A DNA stretch of 64,000 nt from contig CM102287.1 in the NCBI GenBank assembly GCA_046563655.1, positions 9,176,001 through 9,240,000 of the forward strand. Reading direction: 5' to 3'. Under the pieces are notes generated by a model. The model did not search any database, was not told the origin of the DNA, and worked only from the letters and a program-made list of their open reading frames with translations. This DNA is from Yuukianura sp. NJ FZ-2021 (Eukaryota). The translations under genes were made by a program, and so were the position numbers. Below, one piece after another: positions 1 through 12,900 of the stretch; the stretch's first letter is position 1; the number at the start of each line of letters is the position of its first letter.

Positions 1-743
1 CGAAAGATACATAACAATTAAATTAAAGCCTCTCCCTCGTCCATCACCTTCCTCCCACAGTAACAAATCCTACTTTGGTTTTGCGGTAGTCTTTTTGCCA
101 GTTCATTCTCAATGTAACGTATGCCTGTCTAGGTCTAGTTTAGAAAGTGACTAAAAATTTTACTTGGAAAGGCAATACAAGGTCATTCTCTCATGCTCAC
201 CTGCTCCAAGGTCAATATTCACACGGCACACGATCAACGGAAGTGACTCTGACGACACTTATCTACGTAACTCGGACTTTGCAATTTGCGAATGAATATG
301 CAATTTGCAAAGATTAGAAGATTATGAAGAGGAAGAGAACGAAAGACAAAAAAAAATTTGCAAAAAAATTTCATAACAAAACAAGATGTTTGCAAATTTT
401 AAACCAAAAAAGTTCCCGCCAAAAAATTCCAAAACCAACGCCTAGCGTGACTTTCTTACGAAGACGAAATTTTGATAGAATTTTTCTACCGAAAAGCAAA
501 ATTTTTATAAATTCAAATTAAAATTTGTACAACGAAGGTTCCTATATTTTAAAATTCCTAATTTAAACTCAAACAAAGTATGGTGAATGCGAAAGTTAAT
601 AGGTTATTGTTAACCTATGACGAAATCATAATCAATGATAACGTTATTATTCTACGATTGACCTTCAATTTTTAAAAATCCACCAGTAATTGTTGGTGAA
701 AATGCTGGTGATTGAAAAAAATTTTCACTTTAGTCAAGCTAAC

Positions 744-2155
744 ATGTATTATTTAGCGTTACTAATTTTTGGAATTTTGTTGACCTTGAGTATACAGGTC
801 ACGGCTGAAACTGCATCTTGTCCCAATAAGAATCCTCCGACAGGCAAAGTCCTAAATGGAAGTACTTTAGCGTGGCGGGACGACATCGAACCCGATGAGC
901 CCGCCCTGGAATCAAAATCTGTGTTTGACATACCCAATGATCCAGCACTAATCAAGTTTCTGTATTTTCCAAAGTCTGGGTACGTTTACCGAACTTAACG
1001 TAACAAAACACGCAATTTCTAACCCAGAGGTCAACTGAGGTCAAATGGATTACAGGGGGTGGCAGGAAATCAAGGTCGATGATGTAGCGTTTTTTGAAAA
1101 CAGTGGATTTGTCAAGGGCTACCCGCTTAAAGTTCTCGTACATGGATTCTGGAGCAATAGAGAGTCGGAATTCCCGAAAAAGTTAACAGAGTGTAACTCC
1201 GACTTTTCAAAATTCTAAAAAACTATTATGAAAAATATTTTTAAAAACCCAAAAATATTTTGAATATTTGTATAGATTACGTAAGGTCATCGGAGGAGAT
1301 GAATCTGATCGTTGTAGACTGGGGTGCAGTAGCCGGATCGAGTCTGCTCCATTACCCAGCAGCCGTACAAAACACAAAAGTTGTCGGAGTGCATTTGGCC
1401 AAACTTTTGATATTTATAGTTGCACAAGGTATGTTAACCTAACTAACCTAATCAACAAAACCTAATTTTAGCATACAAGCATGTGCTAACAAGGTGGAGT
1501 AAATTCGTACGACGACATTCACTTGCTTGGATTCAGCCTTGGAGCGCATGTAACCGGAGTAGCTGGCCACAATGTATTCACAGCTACCAATGTTAAAATT
1601 GGACACATTACTGGTTTCGATCCTGCTGGACCATCATTCGGCGTTACAAATAGCGATTTTGCTGCGAAGCTTGACAAAAATGACGCCACATTCGTGGACT
1701 CCATTCACTCTAACGCAGGCGTCCTTGGAACAGAAGAGGCCTCTGGACACCTTGACGTCTATCCTAACGGTGGCGGCTCAAGTCAACCCGGTTGCTTTTT
1801 ACGTAACGACATTATCCTAACGTAATCTCTAACCTAATATTAGCCTAACGTAAAGCAACCTAATTCTAGCCTAATATTAGCCTCATGCAATCATGGTTAC
1901 TCTCATTTACTGTACCTGGAGGGACTCAAGAATCCTAAGAAATACGTCCCATGTAAATGCGAACCTTGGAACTGGAATACACAGGGCGAATGCAGAAAGA
2001 ATTGCAAAGATGGAATTCCATTTCCAGTAAGGTTACCAACAACGTAAGTATAATTTTTTTAAAAAGTCCGAATTTTAAAAAGTTTGGAAATTTTGTATTG
2101 GTTTCTAAATTTTAGAGCCCAAGGGTCATACTACTTTGCAGCAAATCTTTACTGA
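744..2155 (+). CDS. Secreted pancreatic-lipase/phospholipase A1 family protein (about 6 exons)
   Basis: Signal peptide MYYLALLIFGILLTLSIQVTA. Spliced frames give KVLVHGF, NLIVVDW, nucleophile GFSLG, catalytic Asp in ITGFDPAGP, FVDSIHS, GHLDVYPNGG..QPGC and His in SCNHG. GT-AG introns keep frame where checked (e.g. 980-1055). Stop TGA at 2153-2155. Confidence 0.93.
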
Positions 2156-2565
2156 TTTTTTGAATTTACTAATTGTAATCTTAAAAGTAAAGCAATGCAA
2201 ACTACTGAGGACACTGAAAACTTGTTTTCGTAATTTCCACACGTGAATTACATAAAAATTTAAACATTTTGTATCGAAACTTGTCACAAAGTGTTCCGGA
2301 TGACTGGTTTTTCGAGTTGCTTCGTCCTTGACCCATGCGACATGTTTTGTCATTATTGTTAACGATGAGTTATGGTTAAGCAAATGAAAGCAACTAAATT
2401 TAATTAACATTTAACTGCAAACTATCTTTCAATTAATAATTGGTTTTGACACTTTGGTTCTGATATATCGTTGATGATGTTCAAGGAGCACTGGTAAGTG
2501 GCAAGTTGTCATCCGTGAACTACTGATTTACTTGTAATTGTTACAAAGTTGCAACGTACAAAGGG

Positions 2566-2574
2566 TATATAAAT
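2566..2574 (+). promoter_or_regulatory. TATA box of the small secreted peptide gene
   Basis: TATATAAAT about 90 bp upstream of ATG 2659. Confidence 0.6.
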
Positions 2575-2658
2575 GCATGCAAGTTTCCAGTTTTGTCAAG
2601 TCACTTTAAAATTTCAAACCATTTTGGAAATTCAACTTCTCCCGCCGAACCTAACATA

Positions 2659-3024
2659 ATGAAGACGGTAAATTTTCCGTTTTGAATTTGATTCTTTAGA
2701 AATTTCTTCAACTGAAGTTTACATTTCATTCTATATTTTGACGCTTGAGCTGAAATTTTCAAAAAACCTAAAACTTTGAAATATTTTCAGGCTATTTTTT
2801 TCACTTTTGTGATTGGACTGGCCTGTGCTTATGCCCAGAGCGGTGGACTTCCTCTCCAGACGGGACCGGATGGGAACGTCCAATATGGCGCTGGAATGGC
2901 CCTTCCTCCGGCAAATCTAGTCAAGACATACGACGAGTGTCAGGCTGTCATGCGCATGGCTAAAGAGTACATGTACGCTGCAATTTGTCCACAATTCCCA
3001 AAAACTGCTCCAACCACACGTTAA
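2659..3024 (+). CDS. Small (about 80 aa) secreted peptide of unknown family, 2 exons
   Basis: Exon 1 ATG AAG ACG|gt (2659-2667), acceptor ttttcag at 2790, exon 2 2791-3024. MKTAIFFTFVIGLACAYA signal peptide, then QSGG... with two Cys. AATAAA downstream near 3148. Confidence 0.75.
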
Positions 3025-3203
3025 CAAGGTCATCTCACACTTGCGCAGAGGTTAATCTCCAATAAGTCTAAAAATCCTCTTTAAGTCAGTCTGTTCCGTT
3101 GAAATTAATCTTCTGTGCTATTTTTTTGTATCTCTTTTACACTTTGTCAATAAAAGTTAAAGTAAAACACTGCCAATGTGATTGCCTATTTGAATTTTTG
3201 AAA

Positions 3204-5495
3204 ATGCATAAAATTGACGAAAATCATAAATTTATTTTACATCCAGCGAGTGAAGCTGAGGAAATTGAAAGTTTTGACTCTAGTTACACTTCCGTTCCTT
3301 CGTACATACTTGACTGCCTTGTGACCAATACACAGAACGCTGCTGGAATCGTAAGAAATTTTTCTACAAACATTGCAATATTGCAAATTTTGAAAATTTC
3401 ATTCGAAATTTTTTTTGAAAGACTGATGGCACTACTGGAAACTGTACGTTGTACAAAGACTTTGAACGTTTGAGTCGCAGTGTAGCTAGTGCTCTGTCGA
3501 AATTGGGATTTCAACAAGGCGAAACCCTGATCTACTGTAGCGATGACGCTGCAAATTTGCATGCTTTTCTATTAGGTGTTTGGAGAGCCAATGGAATTAT
3601 ACGAGGATCTTACCCGGAAGATTTGGGAGGCAAATTGTTTAAAAATTTGTGAAAAAATGTTCAAATTTCAAAATTTGTCTGAACTTTGTTTGTAGAAGCA
3701 TTGGTCGATCGAATTCGCGAGTCAAATACAAGATGGATTTTGTGTGACGCAGAAAACGCTGAAGGCGTGAAAATTTGTGTCGCTGAGATCAGCTGGGAGG
3801 TCAACGTCATTGTTTCCGGCAAAACGTCAATCCGAAATGTAATTTCAGCGGAATCGTTATTTGGAGATACGGGAGACAGTAATACTTGTCTAAAATTTTG
3901 AAAATTTCGAAATTCATCACTTTTCATTGAAGAAAATTTTTCAACAGGTTGTCCAATTTTGAAATTGAAGGAAACGGATATTGCAGCAGTGGTTCCTACA
4001 AGCGGTACCACTGGCAAAAGCAAAGGAGCAGTGATTACACATGGAAGACTTTTGAAGAAACTTTTTTCAAAAAATTCCATTCCTGAAACTCAAAAATTTG
4101 AAACACTTTTTCATCTTGGAAAAGCAACTCATCTGACAGCAATTCTGAACTTTGAATTTATTGCTCAAGGGAGAAATTTAGTCCGATTGCGAGGACAAGA
4201 CTACACTCCAGAAAACATATGCAGAACACTGGCAAAGTATAAGGTTCCAAGAAAGAAATAAGTTCTTAAACTAATCTTATGCAAATTTTGAAAATACGAT
4301 AGCTTTTTTGAAAATTTTCAGCCAACTGAAGTAACACTCAACGCGTTGCTGATGGACAAAGTTTTAACTTTCTGCAACGAAAATGGGGATTTCGGAGCTC
4401 TCGAATCCTTAAAATTGGTCAACTTTGTTGGAACTTCTGTTACACAAACGTTGATTTCAAAACTCCGAAATGTGCCCAACTCGCCTACAATATTTTTGGT
4501 ATTTTTGTCGAACCTTTGTCATTTCAAACAATTTTTGCATATAAATAGTAAAGTTTTGTTGTTTTAGCTGTATGGGTCAACTGAAACTGTATCTCTATGT
4601 TTCGGTGAAGTCAGCGACGAGTTGTTCAACAAAATTCCACTAGGCGGTAAAAATCTCAACATTACCGCTTACCCGCGTACAATACAAAAAAAAATGAACT
4701 TAATAAATTTTACGCAACATCTTCTTTACAATTTCTTTTTGCACAGGTACTGGACGACTTGCGAGTGGCGTAAGGTTAGCTGTACGAGGCGAAGATGGCT
4801 CTATAGTTGGGCCACTCGTAAAGGGAGAGCTTTGGTTTAAATCTAACCACAGCTGTATTGGTTATTACAACAACGTAATAGAAACAGATGAAAATTTTGA
4901 AGAAGGTTGGATTCGAACTGGCGACTTGGGCTTCTATGATGAATCGGGACTTGTATACATTGTTGGCCGTGTCAAGGAAGTTTTCAAATACAAAGGGAAC
5001 CATGTGAGATATACACATGAATCAGCTCAAATTCTTCTTGAATTTCAAAATTAGAACGAAATTTCGAAATTTTTGTTTATTTTAACACTAAGGTATCTCC
5101 TCTCCAAATCGAAGAGGTTCTGTGCAGACATACAGCAGTTGCAGAAGCTTGCGTAGTTGGGGTCATTGACCCTGACGGTCTGGGTCACATTCCCAAGGCA
5201 TTTGTCATTCTTAAAAGCAATGCGAATCTGGTCAGCAGTCAAGAACTACTCAACTTTGTAAACGGTAAAGTAACTACCATTACTGTCTAAGACGTCTTAC
5301 AGTGTCACTATAGTAACAGTCAGGTAACTATGGTTACCTGATGGTTACTGTTCCCAGTAACCGTGGTTACGCTAACTTATGTTTGAAATTTTAGAGCGTC
5401 TACCATCCTACATGCACATACGCGGTGGACTGGAATGTAGAAAAACTTTTCCTTACGGTCCTGGAGGCAAAATTCAACGTTTCCTGTTGACCTAG
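3204..5495 (+). CDS. Luciferase-like / 4-coumarate-CoA ligase-like AMP-binding acyl-CoA synthetase (multi-exon)
   Basis: AMP-binding P-loop PTSGTTGKSKG, LYGSTE, WIRTGDLG, GRVKEVFKYKG, VSPLQIEEVL..H.AV.EACVVG and C-terminal GGKIQR. Stop TAG 5493-5495. No peroxisomal SKL tail. Confidence 0.92.
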
Positions 5496-5651
5496 CTCAA
5501 GAAACTTTTTATTAAAGTGAAAAGTGCATTATGTCTTATAGTTCTATTTCAACTTTCATAGATTTAAATTTTAAGCTCATAGATTTAAATAGATTAAACT
5601 TTTTTCCTCAAAATTTTGACATTTTTGATCTTCTACGACAAACTTTGTGTT

Positions 5652-7098
5652 TTAGTTGAAGTTTTTGAGCAGAAGTAGGTTCATTGTAAGCAAAATGCAG
5701 TTGCTGACGGTTGTGAGCACAATTGAGTTTTCAAAAGTGAACATATCCCCTGCAGTGCACTGAATGATTCTGCAACTGCGTTGACACTTGCGATGATGAA
5801 GCTCCTCCTCCCGCGTTTGCCCGTGCTTACTGCGTTTCCACTCCGTCAAAAACTGAGTGCAACTCTTGTTTACTTGTCCAGCGAGTGCCAGGGGCGTAAA
5901 TGCTTCAAAGACACAACGAACGAGGCATAACGGAAACATGGTGTAGGCACGCCATCCAACATAGGGGAACTTGATAGTTGCGTACAGCAGAAAGGAAACA
6001 ATGGTGAGGAGTAGTGTGGGGAACCACTGCAAGTACAAACTGAAGCTGTGGTTCAGCAATCGACACAAACAGCAGAGGTAACGGTAACGCCGAACGAGCC
6101 ACTCATCATCTTGACACCCAGCGGCCAATTTTTTCCTGATTTGCAAAATTAGAGCATAAACCGCTGGGAAAAAGTTTTTGCGAAACAGAGTTTTTGAATT
6201 TTGATTTTGATGTACTTTGTAGTTTATTTTGAACTCACCGCATTTCTTTGAGTTCCGCTCCGATCCAACCAAGCCCAATGTAAATCAGAGTCCAGTTGAA
6301 AGAAAACGGCATAAAAATTATCCACACCAAAATGTTTTCGATGAAAATGAAAACGAGTTTGTCCACAAATGGATTCGAGTTCTCATCAACAGTTCGGCAG
6401 TTGAGGAAAAGCGATGATATGAAATGTGGTGCACATGGTGTATCTAACATAAAACAACAAAAGTAGCACTTCGTGCAAAGTACATAAATTTGTGCACACA
6501 GCAAAGTAGACAGCACTAATTTTGCTTACCTATGATCATTATGCCATGCACCGGAGGGTTGATTATCAGCATGACGCCAGACAGAATGACAATTTTGGAA
6601 AAATATTTCATGGCTTCGCTTTTTTTCTTCTCTTGCTTGTTCTCATTTTCTAAATCAAATTATGAATTCAGTATATTTGAAAAAGAAACCAAAAAATTTG
6701 AAATTTTGTAAATATAAAATGTTACTTTTGGATTCCAAAATGTAGTTGAAGAGGGCATTTGAAAAGAGTTGCATGCTTTCTTTCTTTTGACTGTACTGGT
6801 AAAAGCACACGGATGCCATGCAGTAAGACATTCCCCACAAACTGTTCATTGTTGCAACGCGTTGAGGTAATGGGGCACCTTTAGCATGATTCACCACACT
6901 ATTTGCCAAGCGAGAAATTGCGAATACCGCCATACAGTACATGCTCAAAGCATTGAGATTGTAAATTAGACGGTCGTACCACAAGGTCATTGGTCGTAAT
7001 TGACAGGTCACCTTATCCCACTTGTACGGAGCCAGTCGAAGCCAACAAATGAACCACATTGCATTTTGCATTGACCGGAAACCCATATCAGAAATCAT
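5652..7098 (-). CDS. Arthropod OR/GR-superfamily-like multi-TM chemoreceptor (4 exons)
   Basis: N-terminal W.RLAPYKWD, several hydrophobic helices, and a C-terminal CTAGDMFTFENSIVLTTVSNCILLTMNLLLL resembling the GR/OR TM7 region. Frame-preserving joins ATA G|AT ACA and ATG CG|G AAA. Confidence 0.7.
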
Positions 7099-7573
7099 TT
7101 TTCAATTTTTTTTTTAATTTTCTAAAAATTTTCAAGAAAAGTTCGTTCAAGTTTTGTGGTTTGATGAAATTCAAAAATTTTAGCAGCTTCCCACTCCATT
7201 TGCTCTTATATTTATACCAAAATTTTGAACAAACATTTGCTCAGCAACTATTTGAAATCAATCAACCCTGTTTTCAGAATTGGTCCAAAAAATTGAAATT
7301 TTTGAAAATCTAATTATGTTAAACTGTGTATACTTTTAATTTATCTGTTTCAATTGCGCTACTGTAATTATACTTTGTTTGCTTTAATGTTCATTACTTC
7401 TGTTGACTTAAGTTTCTGACCTTTGCGAAACAATTCAGCAGTCATAGTTTAATTTTCGTTTTCCAGAATTTTCTAAATTTTCTAAACTTGAATTTCTGAA
7501 AAATCTGTTAGAATTGTCGTAACTGATGCATGAGTTTACTTTGGTCTCAGAATGTATTGATTTTTTTGAAAAC

Positions 7574-8654
7574 TTAAAACAATTGTCGTCCTCCTGCCAC
7601 GGGTATCCAGTTGACCTTCTGTTCTGGTTGACCTTGTGACCCGGGAGTTTTCCGCCATGGACCTGGCGGGCAGTTGGGCGGTTCTCCGCCAATGATTGGT
7701 GGATTGATAATGACTTCTCCTGTTTCCGGAATCATATCTGGACAGCCAGGGATACCAGTAGCGTTTCTTGGGGCTGGAATCACATGTTAATCAATTAGTT
7801 TTTAGTTTAATTAATAATTAATAATAAAAGAAGTTTCTACGCAAGAAACAGTCTTGAGTCGGCAAGGGTGGATCGGCTTTGCCAAAAGTTGTGCAAAAAA
7901 CGTAGCACTGAAAACCTCTGCCTTCATCACGAAAGTCAGAGCGAAATCGGATTTTCAAATGGCCTGTACTGCTTCTGTAGATTCCGTTCGGCTTGTTACT
8001 TTCTCCACAAAATCTAAAAAGCACAAAACAATTTGAAAATTTAACAACATGTTAGCAAAAAAAAGTTTTTGAAATTTCAATTTTTCACTTTTGGGTATAG
8101 GGTCCAAGGTCAGAAATTTTAAGGTAATCTCCAAGACACTTGAATGAACTTGGAACTTCAAAACATGGGCAACTGACGGAAACGCCACAGTCATTTCCCT
8201 GTAAACCAGTATGATATGGTTACGTAACCATTTTGTGGTAACCACTCGATGGTTACCAATGTGTGCCTGCAACATAAAGTAACCTTATACATGTATAACT
8301 TTACAAAAAATGTCCAAGTCATGGCCTCTCCAGAACGGTAAAGGTCTGTTCCGTAGTTGGATGATCGAATTCTTATTACTTGCTGAGATTTCATTCTGTA
8401 GAAACCACCTCCTATTCCTGTGGCTAAAAAATCAATTATAAAAGTTTTAAATTTTAAGATTTTTCATTAGAATGTTTTCCAAAATTTTGATTTTTTGAAT
8501 TACTGAACGAGACGTTCGTTGTTGAGTTGAAAATTACAGCATCACGCCCATTTCGCTCTGATTCAGAAAACTGGCCTTCGATAGGATTTAGGCTCACATT
8601 TGTTATAAAAACTGAAGCTAAAAAAATCCAGGAAAATTTTTTGATATTCCGCAT
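7574..8654 (-). CDS. Secreted CUB-domain protein with Pro/Gly-rich C-terminal tail (paralog A)
   Basis: Signal peptide (FSWIFLASVFITNVSL). CUB motifs IRSSNYG..YRSG...TWTF, RFCGE, LKIRFRSDFRDEGRGFQCYVFC. Last exon PAPRNATGIPGCP... Confidence 0.82.
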
Positions 8655-9173
8655 GACAAAAATTGTCAATTTTGAAAAAAAAAATGAAATGAAAATGAAA
8701 TCGATACAATTCCACTTTCAGTATTATTTATAACTATTCATAGTCACATGTTTTCCAAATGAATCAAAATGAAATTCTAATGCAAGTAAAATGTACTTAA
8801 TGATAAAATTATACAAAAACTTTCTGACTTTCTCTTTTGTGGAAAAACTGACAGATGAGGTCAGTGACCTTTCGAAACAAAATAAAAGAAATCTTCCCAA
8901 ACAAAAATCACAAAAAATGAAAATGTTCCAATCATTTTATTGAAATTTTGAAATTCCAAATTCAACAATGTTCAACAAAGAGTCAAAGGTCACACTCACT
9001 CCTTTTTGCATTATTTTGGAATTCCGCCACCTATATAAGAGAAAGCAAAAACAAAATCACGTTTTGCCAAAAAATTTTGGTTTTGTCAAGAAGCAAAGCA
9101 AAAAAAAATGCTTCTGTTTTGTCAAAATGTTATTGTTAATCCTACTTTTTAAATTTTGACGCTATGTTTGCGG

Positions 9174-10275
9174 TTACAGCGGAGCTGGGCAAACGCTTCG
9201 GTCTGTAAATAGTTGCGGTGGATCAGGTTTACCGTATCCAGTACAAGTGACGTAACACAGAAACCCTTGACCTGGATCGTTATTGCGTTGACCGTCAGAG
9301 CGAAAGAAAATTTTCAAATTGTTTGTGGTCGAGTTATATGTTCCAGCAGGACGCGAATCGCCACAAAATCTTAAATTTTTCAAAAAAGAAAAGTTGCAGA
9401 AAAAAGGATGTCCCAATTATGTTGCTAACTTTGTACATTTTACTTGTGGGCAAATGAGTAGAGGTCAGTGACCTTAAGAAAGTCGCCATTACAGTCCGGG
9501 GACTGCGGAAGATCAAAGCAGGGGCAACGGGCTTTGACACGGCATTGCTGGCCCTACCAAAAATTTCGAAAAACTCGTTAAATTCGCGCATTAACAAAAG
9601 AAAAGATCTGATTTTTGATTTTTTTTTTACAAAGAAGCGCCAATTGCATTGATAAAAGTTGCGGTAAGTTCCGCCCGAGTTGAAGTTGATACTTTGAATT
9701 GACATGGCTTGCCCGGCTCTTAGTCGATGGTAACCGCAATCAACAGCGCCCTCTGGACAAATTCAAATTTTGAGAAGTTCTTTTTGAAACTTTTTTTTTA
9801 AACAAAACGAAAACCTACGGAATGTGGCTGCTTGTTTGACGCGTTTCTTTCCGGCAGCACGGAGTCGGCGTTCCTCAATTCCCGAAGTTTCTTCTCCGCT
9901 TGCTTCCTCTTCTGCTCCAGCATCAGCGTCATCAGTATCGTCTTCTTTTTCAGCGTTCTCTGCAACTTGCTGAACTTTCCGCACTGGCCCACCAACTTTT
10001 GATCTTGGACCTCCTACTAACTTGGAACTTACGACGGCAAACTGATGCTGGATTGGTGGTTCCGCTGGTGGCAGAGTCGTTGGAGCCTCGTCGTTGTCAC
10101 CGTTGGCATTATCTCCGCGGTTAGGTTCAATGCTGGCATTCGAAATTACCTACAACAAATTTCAAAAATTGCAAATTTAGATAAATTGAAACAAGTTAGT
10201 TTAAGTTTATTTTAACTTTACCTCCAGAAGACAAAATAAGACGAATATTTTTATGGAAAAGTTAAGGGAAGACAT
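9174..10275 (-). CDS. Secreted CUB-domain protein with acidic N-terminal linker (paralog B)
   Basis: MSSLNFSIKIFVLFCLLE signal-like exon, E/D-rich linker, then CUB motifs IQSINF..YRNFYQCNWRF, RFCGD, LKIFFRSDG..GQGFLCYVTC. Confidence 0.82.
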
Positions 10276-10550
10276 TGTGCTGGTCCGTTTCAATCCAAGT
10301 GCCAAAATGATCAAGTACTATGTCTAGTGCCTGTCGAAGTCTGTTCAAAAATTGATTAGTTTCGTCCATTTAATTGCATTTAAGCATTACTATGCACAGG
10401 TGGAATTTTGCACATTGGCGGTCAATAACCTCCGGCCAAATCGGTCCATCTTTGCAAATTCCTTGTCCTGTACAATCACGAACATCGCACACTTCTCAAG
10501 TAGCTATCTATATCTGTTTTAGTACTAATGCGGGGATGAGGATGACCCAT

Positions 10551-12900
10551 GTGCATTTTCCTAATTTATGAGAATTTTAAAAATTCCTAAAAATTCATTT
10601 TCCAAAACATCATCACACCTTCTAACTTTCCACAGAAGGACTTTTGGAAAAAATTCAGGATAGGCTGAGAAAATCACTAAAGTGTATTTTCCTAATTTAT
10701 GAGAATTTGAAAAATTCCAAAAAAGTCATTTTTCAAAACATCATCACACCTTCTAACTTTCCACAGAAGGACTTTTGGAAAAAATTCAGGATAGGCTGAG
10801 AAAACCACTAGGACTTTTGGAAAAAATTCAGGATAGGCTGAGAAAACCACTAAAGTGTATTTTCCTAATTTATGAGAATTTGAAAAATTCCAAAAAAGTC
10901 ATTTTTCAAAACATCATCACACCTTCTAACTTTCCACAGAAGGACTTTTGGAAAAAATTCAGGATAGGCTGAGAAAACCACTAGGACTTTTGGAAAAAAT
11001 TCAGGATAGGCTGAGAAAACCACTAAAGTGTATTTTCCTAATTTATGAGAATTTGAAAAATTCCAAAAAAGTCATTTTTCAAAACATCATCACACCTTCT
11101 AACTTTCCACAGAAGGACTTTTGGAAAAAATTCAGGATAGGCTGAGAAAATCACTAAAGTGTATTTTCCTAATTTATGAGAATTTGAAAAATTCCAGAAA
11201 AGTCATTTTTCAAAACATCATCACACCTTCTAACTTTTCACAGAAGGACTTTTGGAAAAAATTCAGGATAGGCTGAGAAAACCACTAAAGTGTATTTTCC
11301 TAATTTATGAGAATTTGAAAAATTCCAAAAAAGTCATTTTTCAAAACATCATCACACCTTCTAACTTTCCACAGAAGGACTTTTGGAAAAAATTCAGGAT
11401 AGGCTGAGAAAATCACTAAAGTGTATTTTCCTAATTTATGAGAATTTTAAAAATTCCTAAAAATTCATTTTCCAAAACATCATCACACCTTCTAACTTTC
11501 CACAGAAGGACTTTTGGAAAAAATTCAGGATAGGCTGAGAAAATCACTAAAGTGTATTTTCCTAATTTATGAGAATTTTAAAAATTCCTAAAAATTCATT
11601 TTCCAAAACATCATCACACCTTCTAACTTTCCACAGAAGGACTTTTGGAAAAAATTCACGATAGGCTGAGAAAATCACTAAAGTGTATTTTCCTAATTTA
11701 TGAAAATTTTAAAAATTCCAAAAAAGTCATTTTTCAAAACATCATCACACCTTCTAACTTTCCACAGAAGGACTTTTGGAAAAAATTCACGATAGGCTGA
11801 GAAAATCACTAAAGTGTATTTTCCTAATTTATGAGAATTTGAAAAATTCCAGAAAAGTCATTTTTCAAAACATCATCACACCTTCTAACTTTCCACAGAA
11901 GGACTTTTGGAAAAAATTCAGGATAGGCTGAGAAAATCACTAAAGTGTATTTTCCTAATTTATGAGAATTTGAAAAATTCCAAAAAAGTCATTTTTCAAA
12001 ACATCATCACACCTTCTAACTTTCCACAGAAGGACTTTTGGAAAAAATTCAGGATAGGCTGAGAATACCACTAAAGTGTATTTTCCTAATTTATGAGAAT
12101 TTGAAAAATTCCAAAAAAGTCATTTTTCAAAACATCATCACACCTTCTAACTTTCCACAGAAGGACTTTTGGAAAAAATTCAGGATAGGCTGAGAATACC
12201 ACTAAAGTGTATTTTCCTAATTTATGAGAATTTGAAAAATTCCAAAAAAGTCATTTTTCAAAACATCATCACACCTTCTAACTTTCCACAGAAGGACTTT
12301 TGGAAAAAATTCAGGATAGGCTGAGAAAATCACTAAAGTGTATTTTCCTAATTTATGAGAATTTGAAAAATTCCAGAAAAGTCATTTTTCAAAACATCAT
12401 CACACCTTCTAACTTTTCACAGAAGGACTTTTGGAAAAAATTCAGGATAGGCTGAGAAAACCACTAAAGTGTATTTTCCTAATTTATGAGAATTTGAAAA
12501 ATTCCAAAAAAGTCATTTTTCAAAACATCATCACACCTTCTAACTTTCCACAGAAGGACTTTTGGAAAAAATTCAGGATAGGCTGAGAAAATCACTAAAG
12601 TGTATTTTCCTAATTTATGAGAATTTGAAAAATTCCAAAAAAGTCATTTTTCAAAACATCATCACACCTTCTAACTTTCCACAGAAGGACTTTTGGAAAA
12701 AATTCAGGATAGGCTGAGAAAATCACTAAATTGTATTTTCCTAATTTATGAGAATTTTAAAAATTCCAAAAAAGTCATTTTTCAAAACATCATCACACCT
12801 TCTAACTTTCTACAGAAGGACTTTTGGAAAAAATTCAGGATAGGCTGAGAAAATCACTAAAGTGTATTTTCCTAATTTATGAGAATTTGAAAAATTCAAA
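10551..12900. repeat. Tandem satellite array, 131-bp monomer, 17 full copies plus a partial copy
   Basis: GTGTATTTTCCTAATTTATGAG recurs at 10551, 10682, 10855, 11028, 11159, then every 131 bp to 12862. Two monomers are 173 bp because of an internal 42-bp duplication. Confidence 0.98.

Noticed and set aside
324..521. Lys/Phe-rich 65-aa ORF
   Set aside because: Translation of A/T tracts upstream of the lipase; no coding features.
10551..12900. CRISPR-like array, or coding ORFs 10775-10972 and 10948-11145
   Set aside because: Monomers are contiguous with no unique spacers, there are no cas genes and the context is eukaryotic; the ORFs are by-products of the satellite.
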